A stretch of DNA of 64,000 nucleotides. Origin: Nostoc sp. DedSLP01. Lineage in GTDB: Bacteria; Cyanobacteriota; Cyanobacteriia; Cyanobacteriales; Nostocaceae. Location of the stretch: the NCBI GenBank assembly GCA_034530875.2, contig JAVRCJ020000026.1, positions 1-64,000 of the forward strand. Reading direction: 5' to 3'. Below are positions 39,720 to 49,276 of the stretch, piece after piece (position 1 is the stretch's first letter; the number at the start of each line of letters is the position of its first letter). The notes beneath the pieces are model-generated. The model made no database searches and was not told where the DNA came from. It was given only the letters and a program-made list of their open reading frames with translations. The position numbers and the translations under genes were made by a program.

Positions 39720-39908
39720 AATTCCCTCCTCATAAGTTTAAGTGAACGCTCAAGTATAGATGGTTTTTGAGCGAGTTGTCTACAATCTGTTGGAGCAAAA
39801 CCCTTCGGCTAGGGAAAAGGTGAAAGGTAAAAGGGAAAAGGTAGGGTTTATTCCCTTTCCCCTTTGCCCCTTGCCCCTTTCCCCAAGGCGAAGCCATCTC
39901 CCCATTCC

Positions 39909-41066
39909 CTAATTCCCATCACTTTGACGTGCCCTCCGCATAGCTTGAACAAATTGCTCAAACAAGTAATCAGCATCGTGAGGACCGGGGCTGGCTTCTG
40001 GGTGATACTGTACGGAGAATATGGGCAGAGACTTGTGGCGTACCCCGGCTACGGTGCGATCGTTTAAATTCAGGTGGCTAACTTCCACAACTGCCGCAGG
40101 TAAAGAATCTGGGTCAATGGCAAAACTATGGTTTTGACTGGTAATTTCTACCTTTTGTTGTAAACCCGCAGGCTGGTTTAAACCACGATGACCAAATTTG
40201 AGTTTATAGGTTTCTGCTCCCAAAGCATGACCCAAAATTTGATGCCCCATACAAATCCCAAATATGGGTTTTTGACTCAACAGCAACGCTTTGGTAGTTG
40301 CAATTCCTTCGGTAACGGCAGCAGGGTCGCCAGGCCCGTTAGAAAGAAAGACACCATCAGGATTGCAGTTGAGAATTTCCTCTGGTGGCGTATCAGCAGG
40401 TACAACAATCACCCGACAACCATAACTTGCTAACCGACGCAAAATATTGCGTTTGATGCCAAAGTCAAGGGCAACAACGGTAAAGGGCTTGTCAATGTTG
40501 TTGGCAGTTTCTGGATTAAATTCCCAGGCTGGAATTGTGGGATCTGACCATTCATAAATTGTTGGCGTCGTTACTTCACGAACCAGGTTTAATCCCGCCA
40601 TGTTTGGAGCTGCCTGCACCTGCTCTAACAATTCGGCCTCATCTAAAATAGCTGTAGAAATACCACCGTTCATAGCTCCGAACATCCGAATTTTGCGGGT
40701 GAGGGCGCGGGTATCGATGCCATAGATAGCTGGAATTTGGTAGTGTTTAAGGTAGTCAGGTAAGGATTGTGTCGATCGCCAGTTACTTGGCCGCTGACAA
40801 ATATTACGAGCGATCGCACCCCGCACTTGGGGTCGGACTGATTCTTCATCCTCAGGATTGACGCCAGTGTTCCCTAATTCGGGATAAGTAAAAATCACAA
40901 TCTGTCCGCAATAACTAGGGTCGGTCAGTACTTCTTGGTACCCAGTCATGCCAGTGTTGAATACCACTTCTCCGATCGCGGTTCCCGTAGCGCCAAAAGA
41001 CCAACCGCGATAAGTGGTTCCATCTGCTAGGACAAGTAAAGCTGGTATTGCGTCAGATAGGGGCAT
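39909..41066 (-). CDS. carA: Carbamoyl-phosphate synthase small subunit
   Basis: [29 protein letters not shown] and [10 protein letters not shown] motifs. Confidence 0.98.
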   Translation of the reverse strand: MPLSDAIPALLVLADGTTYRGWSFGATGTAIGEVVFNTGMTGYQEVLTDPSYCGQIVIFTYPELGNTGVNPEDEESVRPQVRGAIARNICQRPSNWRSTQSLPDYLKHYQIPAIYGIDTRALTRKIRMFGAMNGGISTAILDEAELLEQVQAAPNMAGLNLVREVTTPTIYEWSDPTIPAWEFNPETANNIDKPFTVVALDFGIKRNILRRLASYGCRVIVVPADTPPEEILNCNPDGVFLSNGPGDPAAVTEGIATTKALLLSQKPIFGICMGHQILGHALGAETYKLKFGHRGLNQPAGLQQKVEITSQNHSFAIDPDSLPAAVVEVSHLNLNDRTVAGVRHKSLPIFSVQYHPEASPGPHDADYLFEQFVQAMRRARQSDGN

Positions 41067-41334
41067 AGGCGAGAGATTGGGAAAGGGGAAAAGGGGAAAG
41101 GGGAAAGGGGAAAAATGCAAGGGGACAGACTGCCGCCACTTTTCCTTTGCTCCCATCTCCAATTTTCAAGACTGCGATCCTCGATTATCTCATGAGTTGA
41201 GCTATTAAAAGTTTTCGAGTTGTTAATAAAAAATTAAAATTTTCTGTTCCTTATTGTTTGTTGGCTTTTACTTAAAATCTTTAAATAGGTACGCGAGAGT
41301 GGATTTGCAGAAGCTTGGGCAGTTAATATTAATT

Positions 41335-42375
41335 ATGCTTTTATCCCGTGTAACCCTAATTTTTGCATTCAGCGCTCTAACGGTTTTGACTGTTGCCTGT
41401 AGTGAAGACAAACGAAACACTACGACTACTGGCACTGAGCAATCCGCGCCAGTTGGTGATTTGGCATCGGTAAAGCCTACCATCGCCGAACCTGCAACAC
41501 CAAGACCTACTCCTACGCAGCCACCAGAGCCATCTGAAACTGAACCAAGCGTTTTTGAACTGGGGTTAGATAAAGCTGTCAGTGCTTGGAGTATCAGCCA
41601 ATCTGCTCAATCTGCTGATGATTGGAATTTGGTCGCCAGTCAATACCAAGATGCGATCGCTTTGATGCAAAAAGTACAGCGACAAACTCCAGAATTTGCC
41701 TTTGCTCAATCGAAAATCACAGAATATCAGCGCCAAATCAAATACGCTAAACAAAAAGCCAATCCTCGCCCCGCACCAGTTCAGGAACCTCAAAAAATAG
41801 TAGTTGTGGTTCCCCAAACAGGAACTACACCAAAGTTCGCTTCACCTCTACCGATTCCTGTAGAAAAAAAAGTATTACCACAAGATCCAGAGATATCTTC
41901 TTCAGCAGTGGTAATTCCAGATCCACTCGTGTTTACAGCGCCGATTAAAAGGCGGGCTGGTGGTACGCCAATTGTAGAAGTAACTTTCAACGGTCAGCGA
42001 AAGTTTGAGATGATTGTAGATACCGGAGCCAGTGGTACTGTGATCACTCAAGAAATCGCAAATGCCTTGGGAATAGTGCCAATAGGCAGAGCCAAGGCAA
42101 ACACCGCCAGTTCTAGGGCTGTAGAATTTCCTGTGGGCTATGTTGAGTCAATGGCACTTGGCGGGCTGAGGGTGAATCGAGTACCGGTAGCGATCGCTGG
42201 TACGGAACTCGAAACTGGACTTTTGGGACATGACTTTTTTGGCAATTACGATGTCACAATTAAACGAAATGTGGTAGAGTTCCGCCCGCAACTGCGATCG
42301 CAAGTCAATTCCCCAGAAATTGAACTAACTGCTCCAACTTCGTCCAAGCCGCCCCGCTTTGCAGGATATCCTTAG
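41335..42375 (+). CDS. Lipoprotein with retropepsin-like aspartyl protease domain
   Basis: LTVAC lipobox, [15 protein letters not shown]. Confidence 0.85.
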   Translation: MLLSRVTLIFAFSALTVLTVACSEDKRNTTTTGTEQSAPVGDLASVKPTIAEPATPRPTPTQPPEPSETEPSVFELGLDKAVSAWSISQSAQSADDWNLVASQYQDAIALMQKVQRQTPEFAFAQSKITEYQRQIKYAKQKANPRPAPVQEPQKIVVVVPQTGTTPKFASPLPIPVEKKVLPQDPEISSSAVVIPDPLVFTAPIKRRAGGTPIVEVTFNGQRKFEMIVDTGASGTVITQEIANALGIVPIGRAKANTASSRAVEFPVGYVESMALGGLRVNRVPVAIAGTELETGLLGHDFFGNYDVTIKRNVVEFRPQLRSQVNSPEIELTAPTSSKPPRFAGYP

Positions 42376-43402
42376 CGATTTTAATAGCTTGGGTATGATT
42401 CAGGAACGGTACCGCCCCCGCGACTTGCAGCGCCAGCGACGCGTTTAAAGCAACCGCATCCTGTTGCGCTTGAGTTCCTTTGCCTTGGAGTACAGCCTTC
42501 AAAATTTCGGCATTCTCTTGCACATCGCCACCCCGAAGCATACCTATAGGAGCAGGTGTGACATCCAACTCCAGAGGATTAATAGTAGTTAACTGCACTT
42601 CTCCCTCTGATAAAACTGCCAAGTCAGTTACATCTCCTAACCCAGCCTCATCAAGTTTTTCTCGCCCGTGCAGCACAATTGCTCTTTCCTTGCCCAAATT
42701 ATGTAAAGCTTGGGCAACAGTTGCCAAAAGTTTCGGTGTAAATAACCCCACCACTTGCCCAGTTGGACGCAAGGGATTTACCAACGGCCCCAGTAAATTA
42801 AACACTGTTCGCACTCTGAGAGTCCGCCGTAAGGGTGCAACTGCTTTGAGTGCTGGATGCCAACCAGGAGCAAACAAGAAAGTAATTCCCACTTCGTGTA
42901 AAGCAGCTTGTACCTTTTCACTAGGGGCGCTCAAATTTACGCCCAAGGCTTCCAAAACATCGGCGCTTCCCGTAAGACTTGAGGCTGAACGATTCCCATG
43001 TTTAGCAACAGGTACACCATAGGCAGCGGCAACAAAGGCAACCGCCGTCGAAATATTAAAAGTTGACGAACCATCTCCACCAGTGCCGCAGGTATCAATT
43101 ACAGATTGGTGATTAAGAATTGGGGATTGGGTGGATTTTTCCCCAGTCCCCAGTCCCCAGTCCCCAGTCCCCAGCTTTGATTGCGATTGTAATACTTCAG
43201 CCATACCGGTTAACTCGTCGGCAGAAACGCCTTTAAAGTTCAGCGCTGTTAAAATTGCTCCCGATAATTCTGGAGGAACGGCTTCACTGAGCCAACCTTG
43301 CATCAATTCAGCAGCTTGAGTACGCGACAATGATTGGCCATCTATTAATTGTTGTAGCAAGACATAATATGATTCTTGTACAGGGATTGGGGAAGTTGTC
43401 AT
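42305..43402 (-). CDS. trpD: Anthranilate phosphoribosyltransferase
   Basis: [21 protein letters not shown] and [10 protein letters not shown] motifs. Confidence 0.97.
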   Translation of the reverse strand: MTTSPIPVQESYYVLLQQLIDGQSLSRTQAAELMQGWLSEAVPPELSGAILTALNFKGVSADELTGMAEVLQSQSKLGTGDWGLGTGEKSTQSPILNHQSVIDTCGTGGDGSSTFNISTAVAFVAAAYGVPVAKHGNRSASSLTGSADVLEALGVNLSAPSEKVQAALHEVGITFLFAPGWHPALKAVAPLRRTLRVRTVFNLLGPLVNPLRPTGQVVGLFTPKLLATVAQALHNLGKERAIVLHGREKLDEAGLGDVTDLAVLSEGEVQLTTINPLELDVTPAPIGMLRGGDVQENAEILKAVLQGKGTQAQQDAVALNASLALQVAGAVPFLNHTQAIKIAKDILQSGAAWTKLEQLVQFLGN

Positions 43403-43479
43403 AGCTAGGGTTTTTGTATGTTTAGGATGTAGCTACCTTGGAGGACATGGGAGCTATACTACCGGAAAATTGGCTTCGA

Positions 43480-44361
43480 TCAAAGTTCAAGGCTTAAGTT
43501 TAAACCTGGATTAATAAGATTTTTATTTTGTAATTTTTTCTTCAAATCAGGTTGAATTTTGTAATTAGTAATAAATAACTCTTTCCCCTTAGCAGCACTA
43601 CTCTGTTTATAGTTATTCATGCCATATTGCAATTCCCACTCGGAAATGTTAGCCCATTGAAAATTTTCTCGAATTTGTGGTGAATCATCGTAAGTAATTA
43701 GCCAGGGATGATGGCATTGTTGTAAAAGTTCGGCAAATCTTTGATGTTGAAATGAAGTGTGCAAGTCACCATCTTTGCCATATAGTTTTGATTTTGTAGG
43801 GCTAAAGTATGGCGGGTCTAAGAACAAAAATATTTTTTTTCCTTCTTTTTGTAAGAGATAACTGTAATCTAAGTTAGTAATTTCGACATTTTTTGCCAAA
43901 ATAGATTCTAATTTTTCTAGCCGTTCTATTGAGGAGTCAGTAAAGCGTTTATGAAAAGCTTCTTGAGAAAAACCGCCTGATTCTACAGTACCGCTAAAGG
44001 TAATTCTATTAAGAACAAAAAATCGGACTGCTCTTTCAAAATCAGATAATTTTTCGATGTCTATATTAGTTAATTCTGTATATAATAATTTACCATCTCT
44101 GTATTTGGCTTTAATATGGCGAATTTCTTTAACTAAGTGAGCTATATCAGATTGGGCAAACTTCCAAAATAAGAATAGTTCGCGGTTTAAATCGTTAATC
44201 CAAATTTTGATATCAGGAAATTTTTGTTTTAAATAAATAAATACCGAACCACCGCCGACAAAAGGTTCTCGAAATTCAGAGAAATCATCTGGTAAATATT
44301 CTACTATTTGATTTATGGCTTTTGACTTGCCACCAGGATATCGCAGAGGGCTTTTAAGCAT
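43480..44361 (-). CDS. Orphan D12-class N6-adenine DNA methyltransferase (Dam-like)
   Basis: LRYPGGKS, EPFVGGGSV and DPPY motifs; no adjacent endonuclease gene. Confidence 0.9.
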   Translation of the reverse strand: MLKSPLRYPGGKSKAINQIVEYLPDDFSEFREPFVGGGSVFIYLKQKFPDIKIWINDLNRELFLFWKFAQSDIAHLVKEIRHIKAKYRDGKLLYTELTNIDIEKLSDFERAVRFFVLNRITFSGTVESGGFSQEAFHKRFTDSSIERLEKLESILAKNVEITNLDYSYLLQKEGKKIFLFLDPPYFSPTKSKLYGKDGDLHTSFQHQRFAELLQQCHHPWLITYDDSPQIRENFQWANISEWELQYGMNNYKQSSAAKGKELFITNYKIQPDLKKKLQNKNLINPGLNLSLEL

Positions 44362-44613
44362 TTAGTTTTGCCATATTTTAGTTTGGCATTTGCTATTAAA
44401 ACATAGAAATAGATAAGCAAGAATAATTTTATCTTTACTGGTTAAAATTTTTGAAGTGATTTCGTGAGGCTAAATTTTATGGCCCGTTCTGCACCCTACC
44501 AACCTTTGTTGTTGCGAATTCTTCATTGTGCGAGTGGAATTTTAGCGATCGCCAACATACCACAAAAACTACGCATCCGTAATAACTCTTGGCTAACTAA
44601 TTATGTAATTTAT

Positions 44614-44652
44614 GTTGCAATTTCGTAAAAATCTGTTACATTACTTAACGTA
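44614..44652 (+). promoter_or_regulatory. Putative HLR1 (RpaB) direct repeats upstream of the hli gene
   Basis: GTTGCAAT-NN-CGTAAAAA and GTTACATT-NN-TTAACGTA resemble the (G/T)TTACA(T/A)(T/A) N2 repeat. Confidence 0.45.
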
Positions 44653-44693
44653 AGGTTCTAACTGTCACAGCATAGAAGCTCGGAGTGTTAATT

Positions 44694-44873
44694 ATGTCAA
44701 ACGCTAACAAGACTACGCCTTCGGTTTCACAAGATCCTAATGCTTTACGCTGGGGCTTTACTCCTCAGAGTGAAAACTGGAACGGTCGTTTTGCGATGAT
44801 TGGTTTTTTAGCTGCCATTCTAGTTGAAGCGTTTTCTGGTCAGGGGATTTTACACTTCTGGGGCATTTTATAA
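44694..44873 (+). CDS. hli: High light inducible protein (HLIP)
   Basis: [19 protein letters not shown] chlorophyll-binding motif. Confidence 0.92.
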   Translation: MSNANKTTPSVSQDPNALRWGFTPQSENWNGRFAMIGFLAAILVEAFSGQGILHFWGIL

Positions 44874-45001
44874 ATTTAGTCATTAGTCATTAGTAAATAC
44901 GGATAACTGATGACTAATGATTAATCAAAGTCGTCTTCTGGCCAAAAACAATGGGGCGCAAGGCACAGGACACAATTTCAGAGTGAATAAATCGCCAGTA
45001 A

Positions 45002-46111
45002 CTAGCGCGATGAGCGAAATATTACACGACCTGGGGATTCTTCGTGGTTGATTCGTGTATATACTCGCAGACAAGTTAATACTTCCCCAGGAGTTCCGCC
45101 AAAATCTAGTTGTAAGTCATCTTTAGATGAGGCGCAGATATCTGCATAAAGTCCTGATAATTGGCGAATTCGGACTTCATAACCTTCATTAATCGCTCTA
45201 TCGGCGGCTTTTTTGAGGATACGGCGCGATTCGGATTGTAGCTTACCCCACCAAGAATAGCGATCGGCTGGGGGTAGAAATACCAAAGAGTGTATTGCTT
45301 CATCCATATCAATCCAAGCACGCAAAATAGACACGGGATCGGCATTGTCTTCAGCTTTTTGGGTGCGTTGACAGCGATCGCTTAAAGCATTAATGTATTG
45401 ATGCCGCTGTTCTGATTTAGAGTGTAACGAGATGATATCGAAGCTACAAAGACTCTTTAAAGCGTGATATAAATCTGGTTCTATTTCCAGAAATTTGATA
45501 TATAAAAATAGGAATCCGACTGCTAAATCGGATTCATTAACTTGGGAAGTTTGAGAATTTAAAAGTGCTTGCTGAGATAAACTTAATCCTTGAGTTTGAA
45601 CAGAACCACTCAGTCCAGGATAGATAATTTCATCGCGGATAAAAGGAAGTTGATAGAGATTAGAACTATCAGCGATCGCGCCGACTTCTTGAGCCATATC
45701 TAAGCTGCGCTGTCGCCACAACGCACCCAATTCTTCTGGTATTCTTAGCAGCTTGCGTTGAATTTCATTCCACAAATCTGAGTCAGTTTTACTTTGTAAT
45801 TGGGAATTACCGAGATAGAAATTAAGTTCTGAATCAGAATCAAAAGCTTCCCTTAGATGATTGAGTTTTAATGTATTTTGGGGAGAGATAATCGTATCTT
45901 CCCAACCAATATCTCGGTGTAAAGGTGTAGGCGCAGGTTGCAATAAATTATGAAGTTCTTGCAATAATTCATCGCATAACTTGACTCCTGGATCTAGTGG
46001 AAATTCTGCACGAGCGTGATTTAAAGTAGCTTCGAGTCCGGAGAGAGTAAACCGCAATAATTGGCCTAGTTGGGAGTTTTGTATTTCTAATAATTGACGG
46101 AAATGTTGCAT
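45002..46111 (-). CDS. Hypothetical helical protein with a GrpE-like C-terminal beta motif
   Basis: Third gene of the operon; ends PGEVLTCLRVYTRINHEESPGRVIF. Confidence 0.6.
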   Translation of the reverse strand: MQHFRQLLEIQNSQLGQLLRFTLSGLEATLNHARAEFPLDPGVKLCDELLQELHNLLQPAPTPLHRDIGWEDTIISPQNTLKLNHLREAFDSDSELNFYLGNSQLQSKTDSDLWNEIQRKLLRIPEELGALWRQRSLDMAQEVGAIADSSNLYQLPFIRDEIIYPGLSGSVQTQGLSLSQQALLNSQTSQVNESDLAVGFLFLYIKFLEIEPDLYHALKSLCSFDIISLHSKSEQRHQYINALSDRCQRTQKAEDNADPVSILRAWIDMDEAIHSLVFLPPADRYSWWGKLQSESRRILKKAADRAINEGYEVRIRQLSGLYADICASSKDDLQLDFGGTPGEVLTCLRVYTRINHEESPGRVIFRSSR

Positions 46112-46242
46112 GAAGATTACCTTTTTATCTCACGCAGAGGCGCAGAGGCGCGGAGAGAAAGAGGAGATTTTTTCTATCTCACACTAGGATGTAAGGCCTC
46201 AACAAAACTCTTTGCGTCTCTGCGTCTCTGCGTGAAGTAATT

Positions 46243-49200
46243 CTAATGTATACCGCAAAATGGATCGCGTTCTTTATCAACTTCATTAGGTTGTAATTCT
46301 AATTCAGCAATATAAACGCATCCTTCTTCTTTGAGACATTCTTGATTTGTCGATCTCCAATAAGGTACTTCACCTGCGTGCATCCGTAAAATACCTTGAT
46401 TATCGAGAGTCACACGATATTGACAAGGATAATCTGTTGTAATGTCTGGTTTGCTGAGTGCGCCAATTCGTATCCATTTTTTCGTTTGGGTTTCGGCGTC
46501 TGTTTGATAAATATAAAAGGTATGCTGGCCAGTTTTTGGGAAAGGAGGTAAGGGATTACTAATTAATCCGATTCCTGATTGTGCTGCGCTATCATCCAAA
46601 TAGTGAAATTCTTGGAAAGAGCGATCGCTATTTCCAACTTCAAATACTAGATGATAAGCATCTGCTCGATCCACAGTTGCAGATTCGATCACATTAACTG
46701 CAATATCACCATCATTTAAGTCTTTATTGGGGCGTTCTATAGCAATATTCCACTTTAATGTACCATCAGCAAATAGCGCTGAACTTTCTGAAATTAGATT
46801 TCCTAAATCAATGCCAGGAATGTCAATTAAATAATGGGGATTTCCTTGACAAAGTAAAACCTTAAATTCAAGCGTTTGGTCAATTTCAAACTGAATTTTG
46901 ATTTTTTTGAGAAATGCTGCTTCTTCCATTCCTAACTTATTCATCAGGTTTTTACCGTCGAAGCTACCCCAAAGCCGTAAATCTCCTTCTTCGTAATCTT
47001 GGCGGTAGATAATATTAGTTAATTGTATCCCTTGCCAAGGAGTACGGACTTTGGCGACAGTCTCCCAAGGTGCTAGTTGATAAAGTTCTTGTCCGGCTCG
47101 GAATATAGTCAATAAATCGTTGCTTTGAGTTTTACGTTTGAAGTTACAGGGCAAATAATAAAATAGATTTTTTACATCAATTTCTAACTGATTGGCTCCC
47201 TTACGCAGTAAGGTTTTAGATTCTTCTGGATCGAATCTCAATCGGCGTAATTTTTCGGCATAGCAAGCACCGGCGGAGGTAGCTAATTTAGTAAATTCAA
47301 GGACAAATGTAATACGTTCTGGATTCCAAACAAAATACGGAGACTTGCTGAATTCTTGATAGATTTGGCGTTGCACTAAATCAAGGTTGCAAGTTTTACC
47401 AGATAAGATTAACCAATCAACTTTTTGAGAATTCCAAAAATATTTGGTAAGATTCTCAGGACGCAAACGGCTTTCCATTAATCCTTTAGCAATGCCGATC
47501 GCTTCTTTAATTCCGGAAACTGCGGCTCGTTGAAATTGCCGATTGTCTAGAGTGACGCAGATGTTATTTGGGTCTTTAACTGGGAATTTAATAGCACTTT
47601 GGCTGAGGAGTTCGGAAATTTCTTGTTCGGAAAGCGTAAAGGTTAGTAGAGAATTATTATTGGGTGCTTTTTGTCCAAGTTTTAGTTTAGCTGCTTCTGC
47701 ATAATCCCACAGCAGATAAAATGTTTGTAGGCGTTGTGGTGCTTGTTGCCAACGAGTAGGTAATACTTTTTCAGCAATATCTAAAGCATCTTTATAAGCG
47801 ACATCACCTTCTGGATTTTCCTTGTCCAAACATTTTAAAAGACTGCCAGTTTTGAATTTGCCTTGTTCTAAAAAACGCTCGTTTAATTCCGAGTTAATTA
47901 AATCTTCTAACTTTTCGCTTTCAATATTACCTGTGGTGACTGCTGTTAATACAAAGTCAGCGATCGCAACTTTCAAAAGTCGAAAAATTCGCAGTGTAAT
48001 TAATTCACCACCTAGCTGTAAATGACCGGACGAACCTAATAGCTTAGGAGTCAATTTGTAATAACGTCCTCCTAAACCGCGGTCTTCATCATTAGCAAAA
48101 GTTGGGGTTTTATCTTCCAGAGTTAATTCTATTAAAGCTAAATCTGTGGTACCGCCGCCGATATCCAAAACGAGGACATTTTGCGACCATTTATTTCCAG
48201 TTTGGCGACAACGAGTTTTGAAGGATTCGATACCAATATTCAGATTACCACCAAATTCTCGCCACAAAAAGAATATCGCCACAGAAACAGCTTCATCATA
48301 AGCAGTTTGGACATCATCAATTGCCAACTGTTCGACTAATTCTTTAACTTCCTTGCGAACAACAGGCGGGGCGACTGTTGGATAGGTAACAACTGCTGTT
48401 AACAAATCCCCTTCAGAAAATCTGCGTCGCGCCCGTTGGCGGTAGTCTTCAGTTAACTTTATTAAATGCGCCCAAGCAGATTGAATTAATTCTTTTGCGG
48501 TAATTGTTTCTTCCTTGCCATCCAAATTAACTGAAAACGATCGCTCTTGACCAAAATAGCGTTTTGGTGAATGATGAAACCTGCTAATAATTTCCTTTAA
48601 ACTACCGCTTGTACCTTGAGCGATCGCTTTTTTTCGATTATCTCTCGCTTCCCTACCCATCCGCAGTTGTAATTTGCCTAAATCAGAAATTTCCGATTCA
48701 CTAGGAATTTCTGTTTCGCGGCGGTCTATATCCAACACAACTGGAATGAGATTTTGCGATTCTAAGGTAGGAACGCGGAACACTTCATGATAGATTTGAT
48801 ATAGTTTTTTGCTGACAGCGCGACGGAATCTTTCGCTATTGCCTAAGCAAAGTTCAATTTGGCGAATTGCTTCTAAAAATCGTTCTTTGTTATCAGTTTC
48901 AAAAACTTCGCTTAATTTTCTTGGTTCTACTTCTAGGTTTTTACTAATTTCGAGAATAAACTTTTCCCAATCATCATCGCTGACATCTGGTAATGCTACA
49001 GAAGCAGGAGAACTCAGCCATTGCGATAAGCGATCGCGCAATCGAATTTCTTGTTCTTTGGGTAAAATTTCAGCAATGGGTACTTCAATGGGATCGAAAA
49101 GAGTAACTGTAGAATTCGACGTCCCAAAATCTAATGCGAACCATCCCGGAAATCTTTTTTGTTGTTTATCAGTATAGTTGTTCAATTGAAAAGAGTTCAT
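46243..49200 (-). CDS. Atypical Hsp70/actin-fold ATPase (SrfB-like)
   Basis: LDFGTSNS, VLDIGGGTTD, LGGELIT, AEAAKLKL and ATSAGA motifs; non-DnaK C-terminus. Confidence 0.85.
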   Translation of the reverse strand: MNSFQLNNYTDKQQKRFPGWFALDFGTSNSTVTLFDPIEVPIAEILPKEQEIRLRDRLSQWLSSPASVALPDVSDDDWEKFILEISKNLEVEPRKLSEVFETDNKERFLEAIRQIELCLGNSERFRRAVSKKLYQIYHEVFRVPTLESQNLIPVVLDIDRRETEIPSESEISDLGKLQLRMGREARDNRKKAIAQGTSGSLKEIISRFHHSPKRYFGQERSFSVNLDGKEETITAKELIQSAWAHLIKLTEDYRQRARRRFSEGDLLTAVVTYPTVAPPVVRKEVKELVEQLAIDDVQTAYDEAVSVAIFFLWREFGGNLNIGIESFKTRCRQTGNKWSQNVLVLDIGGGTTDLALIELTLEDKTPTFANDEDRGLGGRYYKLTPKLLGSSGHLQLGGELITLRIFRLLKVAIADFVLTAVTTGNIESEKLEDLINSELNERFLEQGKFKTGSLLKCLDKENPEGDVAYKDALDIAEKVLPTRWQQAPQRLQTFYLLWDYAEAAKLKLGQKAPNNNSLLTFTLSEQEISELLSQSAIKFPVKDPNNICVTLDNRQFQRAAVSGIKEAIGIAKGLMESRLRPENLTKYFWNSQKVDWLILSGKTCNLDLVQRQIYQEFSKSPYFVWNPERITFVLEFTKLATSAGACYAEKLRRLRFDPEESKTLLRKGANQLEIDVKNLFYYLPCNFKRKTQSNDLLTIFRAGQELYQLAPWETVAKVRTPWQGIQLTNIIYRQDYEEGDLRLWGSFDGKNLMNKLGMEEAAFLKKIKIQFEIDQTLEFKVLLCQGNPHYLIDIPGIDLGNLISESSALFADGTLKWNIAIERPNKDLNDGDIAVNVIESATVDRADAYHLVFEVGNSDRSFQEFHYLDDSAAQSGIGLISNPLPPFPKTGQHTFYIYQTDAETQTKKWIRIGALSKPDITTDYPCQYRVTLDNQGILRMHAGEVPYWRSTNQECLKEEGCVYIAELELQPNEVDKERDPFCGIH

Positions 49201-49276
49201 TATAGTATCAAATGGTTATGTTTAATGCTGATTTTTTATTTAGGGCGATGCTTTAAACTGCATCTAATGAAACATC

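Noticed and set aside
41067..41162. N-terminal extension of carA
   Set aside because: It is a translation of purine-rich heptamer repeats; CarA similarity begins at Met 41066.
43480..44361. Restriction-modification system
   Set aside because: No endonuclease gene is adjacent; it looks like a solitary methyltransferase.
44949..44959. 11-nt match (CAATGGGGCGC) to the mini-array spacer
   Set aside because: It omits the PAM-proximal seed, has no GTN PAM, and a match this short is expected by chance in 64 kb.
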